A stretch of 64,000 nucleotides of DNA. Origin: a virus. Every line of letters begins with the position of its first letter. Positions within the stretch are counted from its first letter, which is position 1. The notes below the pieces were generated by a model, which was not told where the DNA came from, did no database searches, and saw only the letters and a program-made list of their open reading frames with translations. Made by a program: the position numbers and the translations under genes. The DNA lies in the IMG/VR virus record IMGVR_UViG_3300042402_001868, positions 91,923 through 155,922 of that record, one strand, 5' to 3'. Below are positions 55,254-64,000 of the stretch, piece after piece.

Positions 55254-56324
55254 TTATACAACTACTGATTTGTTAGTTTGTGCAAGATTTCTATCGTTTA
55301 CCCATACCTTGCCGCAATTGCTGTCACACATGAAAAGTCGTTCTTTAGACTCTCTGCCCTGCCACTTGGGTTCAACTTGGCTAAACCATGCCATTGTTGC
55401 TTCTAGTCCGTGCTCTAGTGCATTGTGATCTTTGATTAGTTCGTATACCTGTTCAAGATTGGTCATGTTCGGACGACCAAAAGATTCTGTGGCATTGCCC
55501 AAGAAACAGCACGGAAATACCAGTCCTGTTGATGTCACATAGATACTACTGTTTTTTTTGGTAAAGCATTCAATTTCTATTGAATCTGGATCAAATTCAA
55601 TCAGTTTACTGGGCATTGGATCTTTAAGCAATCTTTTAAAATCATCTTCATGTACTTTGTATTCAGTGGGACCGTTCCACTTGCCAATCACATGACTCAG
55701 TTGTCCATCTCTCTGATATACTGGTCCTGAATTTCTGCCATGTGGTGTTTCGCCTGAATCCCAAAATATAAAGTCCAACACTCCTTTGCTGATAGCAAGA
55801 GCCTTGACTTGTTCAACTTGATGTCGGTTGTGATCAAACACAATCATTTTCCAATTTGGTCTTCCGCCTGCTTCAATATAAGCATCTAGGTTGCGCATCA
55901 AATTGTTCCAGTTTACATCCTGTCGATACAGATGATTGGTATCCTCTAGACCATCTATGCTGAAAATTATATCAACTTTCATTGTTCCAAGTTCGGCCCA
56001 AAATTCTTTGGTGCGCATGCCGCCATTGGTGCAAATGCTTAGTATTATACGTGGGTTTATGCTTCTGGCATACTTGAAGATATCGATCAGTTCGGGATTC
56101 ATACAAGGGTCACCAAAGTTACCATTGCAGTTGATTTCGCGTAGTTGTTTTATAAATGCATCAGCGAATATTTTCTTAAATTCGCTCAACGTCATGTTGT
56201 GTTCAGTATATCCAAGGTCTTCACGGTTGACTCCGTAATGATTTCTTGGACACAATGGGCACCTGGCGTTGCATAGAGATGATGGTTCGAGATGTAGATG
56301 TCGAACGTCGTTGTAATTGATCAT
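55254..56324 (-). CDS. radical SAM protein with C-terminal Cys domain
   Basis: CNARCPLC, GNFGDP, TNGG, SIDG, FPCC. Confidence 0.88.
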   Translation of the reverse strand: MINYNDVRHLHLEPSSLCNARCPLCPRNHYGVNREDLGYTEHNMTLSEFKKIFADAFIKQLREINCNGNFGDPCMNPELIDIFKYARSINPRIILSICTNGGMRTKEFWAELGTMKVDIIFSIDGLEDTNHLYRQDVNWNNLMRNLDAYIEAGGRPNWKMIVFDHNRHQVEQVKALAISKGVLDFIFWDSGETPHGRNSGPVYQRDGQLSHVIGKWNGPTEYKVHEDDFKRLLKDPMPSKLIEFDPDSIEIECFTKKNSSIYVTSTGLVFPCCFLGNATESFGRPNMTNLEQVYELIKDHNALEHGLEATMAWFSQVEPKWQGRESKERLFMCDSNCGKVWVNDRNLAQTNKSVVV

Positions 56325-56335
56325 ACAATTATATA

Positions 56336-56430
56336 GCTCACTTTACAGTTTACGGTAGCGAATCGCTCGCTGTAGGCAGCAGCCGCCCACACACTACGGT
56401 AACAAGTACCGGTCCTAAGGTGTGATTCAG
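56336..56430 (-). ncRNA. putative structured RNA or cis-element
   Basis: Stems CACAC/GTGTG, CGGTA/TACCG, TGGGCGG/CTGCCTA, AGCGA/TCGCT within 95 nt. Confidence 0.45.
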
Positions 56431-56436
56431 AAATGT

Positions 56437-56664
56437 TTAAAATGCATTTGCGTAGGCCATCCATCTTTGGAATATGGCTGCGGCAGAACCGTTTGCTTCG
56501 GTGGGAGAAACACCTGGATTGGCTAACATCCAATTAGAGTGTTCAGTTGATGCTGCCTCCCACTCGCTTACTAATGTAGGGTCTGCACTAATCCATGCAT
56601 CAAATCCAATTTTATCGTCGTCATGTGGCCATGCTCGTCCGTGTGTATCTGTCCATATTGCCAT
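56437..56664 (-). CDS. small Trp/Ala-rich hypothetical protein
   Basis: Start reassigned to MAIWTD after an AAGGA RBS. Confidence 0.6.
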   Translation of the reverse strand: MAIWTDTHGRAWPHDDDKIGFDAWISADPTLVSEWEAASTEHSNWMLANPGVSPTEANGSAAAIFQRWMAYANAF

Positions 56665-56677
56665 TTTATTTTCCTTG

Positions 56678-59599
56678 TTATGTAGCCAGTTGTTGGCTGT
56701 GGCTTCTTCTGCGCAAAGCACCAATTCTGGTAACTTCGTTCAGTAAGTGTGAACGGTGTGTCTTTGCTGACTCAGACACTAGTCCGTGGCGTTGAAACTC
56801 TCTATTGATATATTTTTTAATAAAAGCAACATCATCTCGAGTTTCAACAGTTTCTAGCATTTTCTTCACCTGCTTGATTGTTTCAGCAACCGGTTGTGCT
56901 TTGGCAGCGGCAGATTTCTTCGGTGCCAATAACCCACCGTAGGTAACCTTAGACGGTGCACCTGCTGTGGTAGATGTTGCTTGAGGAGTTGTTGGTTTAG
57001 CGGCCGAGTTGCCTGCGGCAGCGGCACGAGCAGCTTGACGACGTTTGACTTCTAGACGTCCAATATAGTTAGGACCTGTAGGATCTTCTCCTGGAAATTT
57101 ACCAGTAGTTGATGCTGTGGTTGTTGTGTTGGCAGGTGTCGCCGTACCTGTTGCCGCTGGTTTAGCATATTTTTCCATGCCTTTCATCTGCATTACATTG
57201 GAGGCATTAAACGACGTTGTGTTATTTGGTTGTGTAACCTTGCCCGGCGCAGGAGTAGAACCAGTTGCTGGCGGTAATCCAGCAGTTGGACCACCAGTAA
57301 GAGCAGGTGTATTAGATGTTTGACCAGCGGCTGCTTGTCTTGCAGCCAGGTCAGCCGCAAGTTTGTTTCTTCCGTATGGTTTGCCAGTTGATGGATCAAT
57401 GTTATAGATGTCACCTGTTTGCAAATCTGCGGCGCCGCCAGCCCCTTGTTGTTGTGGTTGTGTACCATCGGGAACTGCGGCTGGCGCTGTGTAAGGAATA
57501 CCCATTTTGCCGTATACACTACCAACGACTTCTTTTGGAACACCCCATTCGGTGGTCAACAACTGATACAATCGGTCACTGTCGTATGGCTCACCGGCAC
57601 GATTCCACATGTTGTTGAGTTTGTCAGCTGTGACTTTGGTAATAACATTATGTCCAACATTGCTGACATAGTTGCCAACTTTGTCAACACCTCTGCCAAT
57701 AGCATCAAGTCCTCGACCAAACCAACCTTGTGGTTTGCCTTGTCCGGCAGTGGCACTTGCTGGTGCGCCAGGTGCTGTGGGATGACCGTAGTCGGCAGTG
57801 GGTGCGCCAATATATTCTTTCAAGTATGCACGGCGATAACGACCAATGTTTTCAAATACAGTACGCACACCCTTGGTTGTTAAATGTACATTTTGCTGAC
57901 CCTTGCGATTAACACTTTCGTTCAAGGCCCAGGCCATCACAGTGAGCTTCTGATCAATCAACTGATCAGCAGGAATAATTTTATAATTGATCGATTCATT
58001 TTTTGGTCTAAATGGACTATTGGCCAGATCTGCTGCCGTTGCATTTGGGTTTATATTAGATGGATATACTGGTGCCAATCCTGGCTTCCCGGCATTCCAC
58101 GAGCCATCAGGTTGCTGGGTTGCTTCTGGAAATCTGCTCTTGAAGTCTGCTAACCAATTGTCGTAAGCTGCTTTTTGTCCAGCAAGTTCTTCGGCCTGCA
58201 ACCCAGGATTTGGAGCCTTAAAGCTACCCTGGTCATTGACAGGTATTCCATATTCAAGTTTTTGTCCCATGCTGTCTGTAGTGACTGGGCCAGGCTTGCT
58301 GTAATCAATTTTATAAAAACTTGGATCACCTTGCGGTCCTGGCGTTGACGCTGGTGGCACAGTGTCTGTTGGTCCTGGTTCAACTGCTGGTGCATTGGGT
58401 TTAGTAGGACCTTCCCACCCTTGCCACACATTCTTTATCGGTTCACCGCTGGCTGCAGGCATATTAATTTCCTGGCCAATAAAAATTTTGTTTGGATCAG
58501 TGATCTGAGGATTGGCATCCCATAATTGCTGTGCAGTAATTCCATTATCCTGTGCAATTTTTCCAAGTCCTTTAAAGTCATTTGCAGTCACAGTATATGT
58601 GCCACCGCCTGCATCTGGTTGAGTGTAATCAGCACGAGTATTGGGATCAACGGGTGCATCGCTTGGATCAGGATTTTGTTGGTACGCATTGTTTGCGGCA
58701 TCACTGTATTCACCAGGTACCGGTGGAGTATTGCTAGAGTCGTTGTAAAAATCTGGATCGCCTGCAGTATTAGGCAAATCTAAACCGTTGATGTTGCTGT
58801 TGCTGGCCGGACCACCAGGTATGGCTGTATCATTCCAATCGCCCAAGGCTGCATTGTTGGCAGTGATGTCTGCCGCACTAGGAACTCCATTGTATGCATC
58901 GGAGGCCGCACTTGCTAGATCTCCAGCACCTTGTATTCCGCCGCTGACCAAGGCAGCTATTCCGGCATCTCCTACAATGTCAACAATTTCTTTATCTTTG
59001 AGTGCAGAGTCGATTGCAGCCAGGCCGGCGGCCACGCCTACTCCGCCTAGGCCGCCTGTGGCAAAACCAGCGGCGGTGATAATTGCCCATTTGGCAAGTC
59101 CAGCGGCTCTTGGGTATTTTTTAGCCGCATCACGATATTTGTAAATGGCTTTGGTAATGGCATTTGCTTCACCATTCTCGCCACCAGCTTTGCCCAGGGC
59201 AGCCATGGCTTTGTTATACTCTGCATCAACAGCCTGATATGTGGGTCGGTCCTTGACCCATTTTCTTGCACTGGCCAACATTTTTTGTACACTGCCAATT
59301 GCTTGGGTTGTGGCATCTTTGGCTTTGCCTAGACCTGTGCGGTTGCCGCCTGCGGCAGTGGCACCTTGCTCTACATCTTTGAATAGTTGTTGAACTTGAG
59401 CTTTGGTCAAATTGTATTCTACTAATAATTGTCCAAATTGTCGAGCTTGTCGGAAAACTGGATCTTCCATGAGCATGGATTCGGCTAACTTGCGTTGTTT
59501 GGCCTTTTTAGCAGTCTCACGTTCTAGACGGCTCTCACTAAAAAACTGCCGGTTGTTACCAACCACAGTGTAGGTTGTGAATAATTGATCTACTATCAT
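56678..59599 (-). CDS. large LysM-domain protein with hydrophobic hairpin and Pro/Ala/Gly-rich linkers
   Basis: YTVTANDFKGLGKIAQDNGITAQQLWDANPQITDPNKIFIGQEINMP. Confidence 0.75.
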   Translation of the reverse strand: MIVDQLFTTYTVVGNNRQFFSESRLERETAKKAKQRKLAESMLMEDPVFRQARQFGQLLVEYNLTKAQVQQLFKDVEQGATAAGGNRTGLGKAKDATTQAIGSVQKMLASARKWVKDRPTYQAVDAEYNKAMAALGKAGGENGEANAITKAIYKYRDAAKKYPRAAGLAKWAIITAAGFATGGLGGVGVAAGLAAIDSALKDKEIVDIVGDAGIAALVSGGIQGAGDLASAASDAYNGVPSAADITANNAALGDWNDTAIPGGPASNSNINGLDLPNTAGDPDFYNDSSNTPPVPGEYSDAANNAYQQNPDPSDAPVDPNTRADYTQPDAGGGTYTVTANDFKGLGKIAQDNGITAQQLWDANPQITDPNKIFIGQEINMPAASGEPIKNVWQGWEGPTKPNAPAVEPGPTDTVPPASTPGPQGDPSFYKIDYSKPGPVTTDSMGQKLEYGIPVNDQGSFKAPNPGLQAEELAGQKAAYDNWLADFKSRFPEATQQPDGSWNAGKPGLAPVYPSNINPNATAADLANSPFRPKNESINYKIIPADQLIDQKLTVMAWALNESVNRKGQQNVHLTTKGVRTVFENIGRYRRAYLKEYIGAPTADYGHPTAPGAPASATAGQGKPQGWFGRGLDAIGRGVDKVGNYVSNVGHNVITKVTADKLNNMWNRAGEPYDSDRLYQLLTTEWGVPKEVVGSVYGKMGIPYTAPAAVPDGTQPQQQGAGGAADLQTGDIYNIDPSTGKPYGRNKLAADLAARQAAAGQTSNTPALTGGPTAGLPPATGSTPAPGKVTQPNNTTSFNASNVMQMKGMEKYAKPAATGTATPANTTTTASTTGKFPGEDPTGPNYIGRLEVKRRQAARAAAAGNSAAKPTTPQATSTTAGAPSKVTYGGLLAPKKSAAAKAQPVAETIKQVKKMLETVETRDDVAFIKKYINREFQRHGLVSESAKTHRSHLLNEVTRIGALRRRSHSQQLAT

Positions 59600-59600
59600 T

Positions 59601-60419
59601 TTAGCGTTCTTCCAAATAATCTTGATTGCCCTGGGGCTTGTTGTTACGCTTCTGGAATATCTTTACTGCCATGTCGGCATCATTGACATTGCGGAAACGT
59701 GTGGGTAATTTGCGTTTGCCATGACGAATTTCAAATCCTTTTGCTTCATCACCATAGCATTCGAGCATACTGCCATCTTCCATGGGATAGGTTTTTACAG
59801 GTGCTTCGAGTAACCCCATCATGGCAAGCCCTGTCCCGCCGATTACTGTGGCATTTTCAATTCCCTGTTGCATGTCATCAAATTCTTCGTCATATACTTC
59901 TGCCAGAGTAGGATCTTCGGCAGGTGCTTGTGCAGGCACTATATCAAAGTCTTGTTGCGTGGGATCTTCATCAATCTCTTCATTTTCAGGATCTGGGTCA
60001 TTGGCAATGTCCAACTCGTCCTTGGCCTTGCGAACCAAGTGGCTGTCAATTTTGTTGCTGTCTTCCAGTCGCTCAAGATAATCCACAAAGGTGCGTTTGA
60101 CTTTGCTCAGCATGTCTTCTTCAACTTCTTGCATGGCTTCTTCTAACGGGCTCTTGGTGGGTTCAATACTATCTCCTACCAGTTTACCATCCATTGGATG
60201 TTTCTGATAGGGCTTTTTAGTAAGTGTTGGGCTAATGTCTCGGGGCTTGAACAGCGCAGGCAACTGGTCCACAGACTTCTGCTGTTTGTTTAATCCATGC
60301 TTGACATTCACAGGAGTAAGTTTACCTTCCTCTACTGTGGCCAAGCGATCAAGTATCAATCTGATGTCTGCCGATGAACTCATGCTCTTTGCTCTTTCAA
60401 ATAACTTCTCAACATCCAT
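59601..60419 (-). CDS. acidic hypothetical protein, possibly virion-associated
   Basis: Acidic ORF with many LxE/VxE motifs. Confidence 0.6.
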   Translation of the reverse strand: MDVEKLFERAKSMSSSADIRLILDRLATVEEGKLTPVNVKHGLNKQQKSVDQLPALFKPRDISPTLTKKPYQKHPMDGKLVGDSIEPTKSPLEEAMQEVEEDMLSKVKRTFVDYLERLEDSNKIDSHLVRKAKDELDIANDPDPENEEIDEDPTQQDFDIVPAQAPAEDPTLAEVYDEEFDDMQQGIENATVIGGTGLAMMGLLEAPVKTYPMEDGSMLECYGDEAKGFEIRHGKRKLPTRFRNVNDADMAVKIFQKRNNKPQGNQDYLEER

Positions 60420-60868
60420 CCATGTTTCTGATGGGCATCAATTCGTTCTGCAATGAAGTTGGCAATACCTTGCTGATTTTCTTCAGTTGCCACTTGGAAA
60501 GTTTCGTTAAGAAGATCTAGCATTTGACCGTTGTTGGCCAAGAGTTCTTCTAGCATGAGTCTAGCACGTGGGATCTTTGTTTGTCCCTGTATTTTTGTCA
60601 ATTCAATAAATCGTTCAAATGATCCTGGAGCATAGTCGCCTAAGGCACGAATGTATTCAGCGGTGGGGTCAGTAGCACCATACACATCGTCGTGGATCGC
60701 GTCAAAGAAAGCATGTAGCTGGCCAAAATCAGGGCCTTCTACGTTCCAGTGAAACTGTTTGGCTTTTAGTGCAAAAGCCTCTTCAGTTGCCAGGAGAATT
60801 TTTAAAGCGTCCGCTAACATTCTTGTTCCTTTTGTATTCCTTAGGTGTGTTGGGAGTTGGGTCATCAC
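60380..60868 (-). CDS. dps: Dps/ferritin-like DNA protection protein
   Basis: KQFHWNVEGPDFGQLHAFF, D..AEYIRALG, HQKHGWMLRS; true start probably MLADALK. Confidence 0.9.
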   Translation of the reverse strand: MMTQLPTHLRNTKGTRMLADALKILLATEEAFALKAKQFHWNVEGPDFGQLHAFFDAIHDDVYGATDPTAEYIRALGDYAPGSFERFIELTKIQGQTKIPRARLMLEELLANNGQMLDLLNETFQVATEENQQGIANFIAERIDAHQKHGWMLRSYLKEQRA

Positions 60869-61001
60869 CTGTTACATATTTACCTGTTAGCATTGATCCA
60901 CCGTTTCTTGATACCATGCCCAGGCTGCTTGCAACAGGAGCAATTGATCCTGCACAAGTGGCGCCTACAGAGGCATTTTCCATGATTTCATGCGCTCGCA
61001 T
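60783..61001 (-). CDS. small protein with capsid-targeting-like N-terminus
   Basis: MRAHEIMEN. Confidence 0.6.
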   Translation of the reverse strand: MRAHEIMENASVGATCAGSIAPVASSLGMVSRNGGSMLTGKYVTGDDPTPNTPKEYKRNKNVSGRFKNSPGN

Positions 61002-61278
61002 TCGGAATCCTTAATGTGTTATTGTCTACAAATTCTGCTGTGCCAATGGTAACTCGTGGATTTTTTGCAGTCAGTGTGCCGTTACCATGCAATTCGTGAC
61101 GAACAACATAGTCACCAGGCGGTGCTTCTATTGACACTACTTCTTCTAGGTATTTGTCGGGCCAGATGTAAGTGCGCTCACTAAACAATTCGTCATTGAC
61201 ATACAAGCGATACACAGGCGGTGTGCCAGTCCAGTCGCAATGTACTTCATATTCGAATTGAACGCTTTGTAATCCCAT
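60988..61278 (-). CDS. hypothetical phage protein
   Basis: PVYRLYVNDELFSERTYIW; upstream TAAATA. Confidence 0.65.
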   Translation of the reverse strand: MGLQSVQFEYEVHCDWTGTPPVYRLYVNDELFSERTYIWPDKYLEEVVSIEAPPGDYVVRHELHGNGTLTAKNPRVTIGTAEFVDNNTLRIPNASA

Positions 61279-61327
61279 ACTATATTTAGTTGGAGTTTAT
61301 CGCCCGGTTGATCCAAGTAAATAAACA

Positions 61328-62029
61328 ATGACTGAACTAATTTACACTCTAGTAGTCACACATATTACTATAATTTGTGTCACACTATTCCTACACCGTG
61401 GACAAGCACATCGCGGTATCGTCTTTGCTCCTGCACTAGAACATTTCATGCGAGCCTGGCTATGGCTTACCACAGGCATGGTGACTCGGCAATGGGTGGC
61501 CATACATCGCAAACATCATAGATTCACAGAAGAAACTGAAGATCCTCACAGCCCAGTACACTACGGCATATGGCGTGTGTTATTTACAGGAGCGGGATTG
61601 TATCACTCGGCCAGCAAAGATGCTGAGATGGTTGCACAATATGGCGCGGGCACACCCGACGACTGGGTTGAACGCAACATCTACACCAAGCACAGTCGCG
61701 TGGGCATTGTGTTAATGTTATTGATTGACATTGTGTTGTTTGGTGCCTGGGGTGTGTTGATATGGGGCATACAAATGATATGGATACCATTCTGGGCCGC
61801 AGGTGTTATCAACGGCATAGGACATTGGTGGGGATATAGAAATGGCGAAACTAAAGATCAAAGCAGGAACATTATGCCTTGGGGCATTATTATTGGCGGT
61901 GAATGTCTGCACAATAATCATCATCTTGAACCCGGCAATCCTCGTCTCAGTCGCCGCTGGTTTGAATTTGATATAGGTTGGATGTGGTTGAGCGTGTTTA
62001 GACTTGTGGGTCTTGCCAAGCTACGCTAG
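61328..62029 (+). CDS. membrane fatty-acid (delta-9 type) desaturase
   Basis: His boxes HRGQAH, HRKHH, HNNHH; DPHSP. Confidence 0.92.
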   Translation: MTELIYTLVVTHITIICVTLFLHRGQAHRGIVFAPALEHFMRAWLWLTTGMVTRQWVAIHRKHHRFTEETEDPHSPVHYGIWRVLFTGAGLYHSASKDAEMVAQYGAGTPDDWVERNIYTKHSRVGIVLMLLIDIVLFGAWGVLIWGIQMIWIPFWAAGVINGIGHWWGYRNGETKDQSRNIMPWGIIIGGECLHNNHHLEPGNPRLSRRWFEFDIGWMWLSVFRLVGLAKLR

Positions 62030-62031
62030 TT

Positions 62032-62256
62032 TTATGATATTCTTACTACACCACTTACCACTGCGTCTTTACCGTATTGCCCTTGCAGTAGCAGTTTAGC
62101 CATGGCTGGACTTTTGGCAAAAACTGCCACATCAATGCTGGTGCTGTAGTCGGGATTTTTTACCTTGACTCGCGCCTGGTACACTTGAAATCCTGGTGCT
62201 ACAGATTCATTGAGATTGTATTGTGATCCTGTCACGTTGGTTGCGTACTGTTTCAT
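62032..62256 (-). CDS. hypothetical protein
   Basis: ATGA-coupled; start reassigned to MKQYA. Confidence 0.6.
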   Translation of the reverse strand: MKQYATNVTGSQYNLNESVAPGFQVYQARVKVKNPDYSTSIDVAVFAKSPAMAKLLLQGQYGKDAVVSGVVRIS

Positions 62257-62453
62257 TTTTTTCTGCCTGACTTCATGTTGGCACACCAGTGATACATCTT
62301 GGCTTTTTCACCAGATGCATTCTTGGCACGTTGGCGTAGATCAGTTACTGATCCTGAGCAACTGGCACCTGCACGTTTCACACGCCCAGGACGGCTCTTG
62401 CCTTTGACTTTGCCATCTGCAAAGTTTTCGTTAATAAATTCGTGTGCTCTCAT
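62253..62453 (-). CDS. small basic protein with capsid-targeting-like N-terminus
   Basis: MRAHEFINENFADGKVKGKSRPGRVKR; start reassigned by ATGA coupling. Confidence 0.7.
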   Translation of the reverse strand: MRAHEFINENFADGKVKGKSRPGRVKRAGASCSGSVTDLRQRAKNASGEKAKMYHWCANMKSGRKK

Positions 62454-63154
62454 GCCAGTTCCTGAAAACGTTGAATCAAAGTTTTGGCATCCACGCCAAA
62501 TACCAATTTTACCTGTGACCCAGCATATAGGTAGGCAGCAACTTCTTCTTCGATATGTGCGTGATAGTCCAATTTGGTTTTTAGTACCTTTGCCATGGTC
62601 TTTACCACAGGATCGTTGCGGCATTCGTCAAACAACTGATCTACTTGACGTTTGAACTTTGGATCTAGATAGTACTTGGCATGAAACAACTCGTGTTGTA
62701 CAGTGGCCGGATCATCACCACTGACACCTATTACACAGAATTTTTTCATGCCTTTTGTGGCCTGTTCAACTGCACTCACCACTGTTTGTTCTGCTTGACT
62801 GAGTTTGCCCACTGAGCGATGCCATGATCGAAATGCAGAATCTGTTATGTTAAATCCGTCCCAGAATTTAAAATAGTCTGCATCACCCTGGCGGTCCATC
62901 CAGTCATCTAAAAACTCCGCCATGTCAACATGCTGTTTTTTGTCAGTGTATCTGTTTCCCTCATAGTATTCAGACATTCGAAAAAAACTTTTAGTAAGAT
63001 CAGGAATAGTTTTAAACTTTAGCAACACACATCCATTACAGGGACGAGAAACTGAAAAATCACGACGTGAGGGCTTGGGTTCTTTTTTATTGTCAAAATA
63101 ATCATCGACTGTGCGTTTGGTCCACCGCTCGATTAAAAACTCCTGGGCTCTCAT
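62450..63154 (-). CDS. protein with capsid-targeting-like N-terminus and HExxH motif
   Basis: MRAQEFLIE; HELFH...EE. Confidence 0.65.
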   Translation of the reverse strand: MRAQEFLIERWTKRTVDDYFDNKKEPKPSRRDFSVSRPCNGCVLLKFKTIPDLTKSFFRMSEYYEGNRYTDKKQHVDMAEFLDDWMDRQGDADYFKFWDGFNITDSAFRSWHRSVGKLSQAEQTVVSAVEQATKGMKKFCVIGVSGDDPATVQHELFHAKYYLDPKFKRQVDQLFDECRNDPVVKTMAKVLKTKLDYHAHIEEEVAAYLYAGSQVKLVFGVDAKTLIQRFQELA

Positions 63155-64000
63155 AGTTCATCCCGGAACAAGTACACTTGTATAGGAGTACCAGATTTGT
63201 GTGCATCTGCAGATCTATGATGCCCGTCAAGTATGTACAGTTTGTTGTTTTTTTGTAGCACAACCGGATGTTGTTTCATTGTGGCAAATGGTGGCTTGCC
63301 TCCACCTTGTGTGCTCAGCCAGTCCTGTGTGGCCAACAAGTGGCGTGGATTAACTTGTAGCAATGTGGGTTTGGTTCCTGCATCTAGCAGACTGTGTACA
63401 CGATCTTTTAAATCACCTGAGAACTTGAACTTGCTATCATATGGTTCGTTGGTAGCAGGATGTGCTTTGCCACGATACTCGCTCATGCGCAATGGCATGG
63501 CAAAAAACTCTATGCCTTCCGCCACACCTTGCTTGTGCTGATTTTGAGATGCATTAGCTGATTCCTTTTCGGCAGCATTCCACTTGTCGGCATAGTACTT
63601 GGCATCGCGTCTCAAGTCAGTAACGTCTACCACAAAGTCACCGTCCATAATGTGCCATACAGATTTTTCTACACCAGCCTTGGACATGGTGTAAGATTTT
63701 TTAATCGTGTATTTTTTATCTGCGCCTTCTGCAATGCTCTCGCTCATGATTGGCACAACTTCAATTTCTGTGCCGTAAGCATAGCCGTTGTTTTGAACCC
63801 ATTGTGTAGCCACACGGTTAGCATCGCGTTGATCGTTACCTATACCAGAGAATCTATGCATCTCGTTGCCGTCAGCATCTAGAACCTTCCACGCACCTGT
63901 AAATGTGCCGGGTGTGGCTCGTTGCCGTGCTAGATCATTTGTGGATCCCGAAATATCGATCAGGCCACCTTGCTGTTGATCCGGTGTGAGTGCTGGGGTA
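63151..64000 (-). CDS. modular protein with C-terminal ParB/Srx-like domain, 5' end outside the window
   Basis: Frame open to the window edge; LLATQ, YILDGHHR; IAEG/VAEG linkers. Confidence 0.6.
   Translation of the reverse strand, partial: TPALTPDQQQGGLIDISGSTNDLARQRATPGTFTGAWKVLDADGNEMHRFSGIGNDQRDANRVATQWVQNNGYAYGTEIEVVPIMSESIAEGADKKYTIKKSYTMSKAGVEKSVWHIMDGDFVVDVTDLRRDAKYYADKWNAAEKESANASQNQHKQGVAEGIEFFAMPLRMSEYRGKAHPATNEPYDSKFKFSGDLKDRVHSLLDAGTKPTLLQVNPRHLLATQDWLSTQGGGKPPFATMKQHPVVLQKNNKLYILDGHHRSADAHKSGTPIQVYLFRDEL

Noticed and set aside
728-63882. Many short plus-strand and nested ORFs in the track
   Set aside because: Antisense or out-of-frame shadows of well-supported genes, without RBS or motifs.
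1-64000. Stop-codon recoding
   Set aside because: Genes are intact and tightly packed under the standard code, using TAA, TGA and TAG as stops.

Overview
A 64-kb segment of a large, T4-like (jumbo-type) dsDNA phage genome, almost entirely on the minus strand. The tmRNA tag ANDEQFALAA, its permuted layout and the ahpC-ahpD pair suggest a betaproteobacterial host (inference). Main contents: (1) ADP-heptose synthesis genes, an RNA polymerase omega-like gene and ahpC/ahpD; (2) a 13-kb stable-RNA region with 25 CCA-ending tRNAs forming a complete, non-redundant decoding set, a two-piece permuted tmRNA, several unnamed structured RNAs in long closing stems, rrn-like tandem promoters with boxB/boxA, and a leader-peptide attenuator upstream of 17 of the tRNAs; (3) small early genes behind duplicated sigma70 promoters; (4) a 7-deazaguanine DNA-modification region (folE, queD, queE, dpdL-like, dpdA-like) interleaved with sugar enzymes, with riboswitch-like leaders; (5) RNase H, a likely sliding clamp and a family B DNA polymerase; (6) expanded radical SAM, SGNH-like and 2OG-Fe(II) oxygenase families; (7) probable internal head proteins, Dps and a fatty-acid desaturase. 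Best candidate for a new system: a broad-specificity translation-sensing attenuator that could switch on the phage tRNA array when host tRNAs fail. All calls come from reading motifs by eye; no database searches were run.
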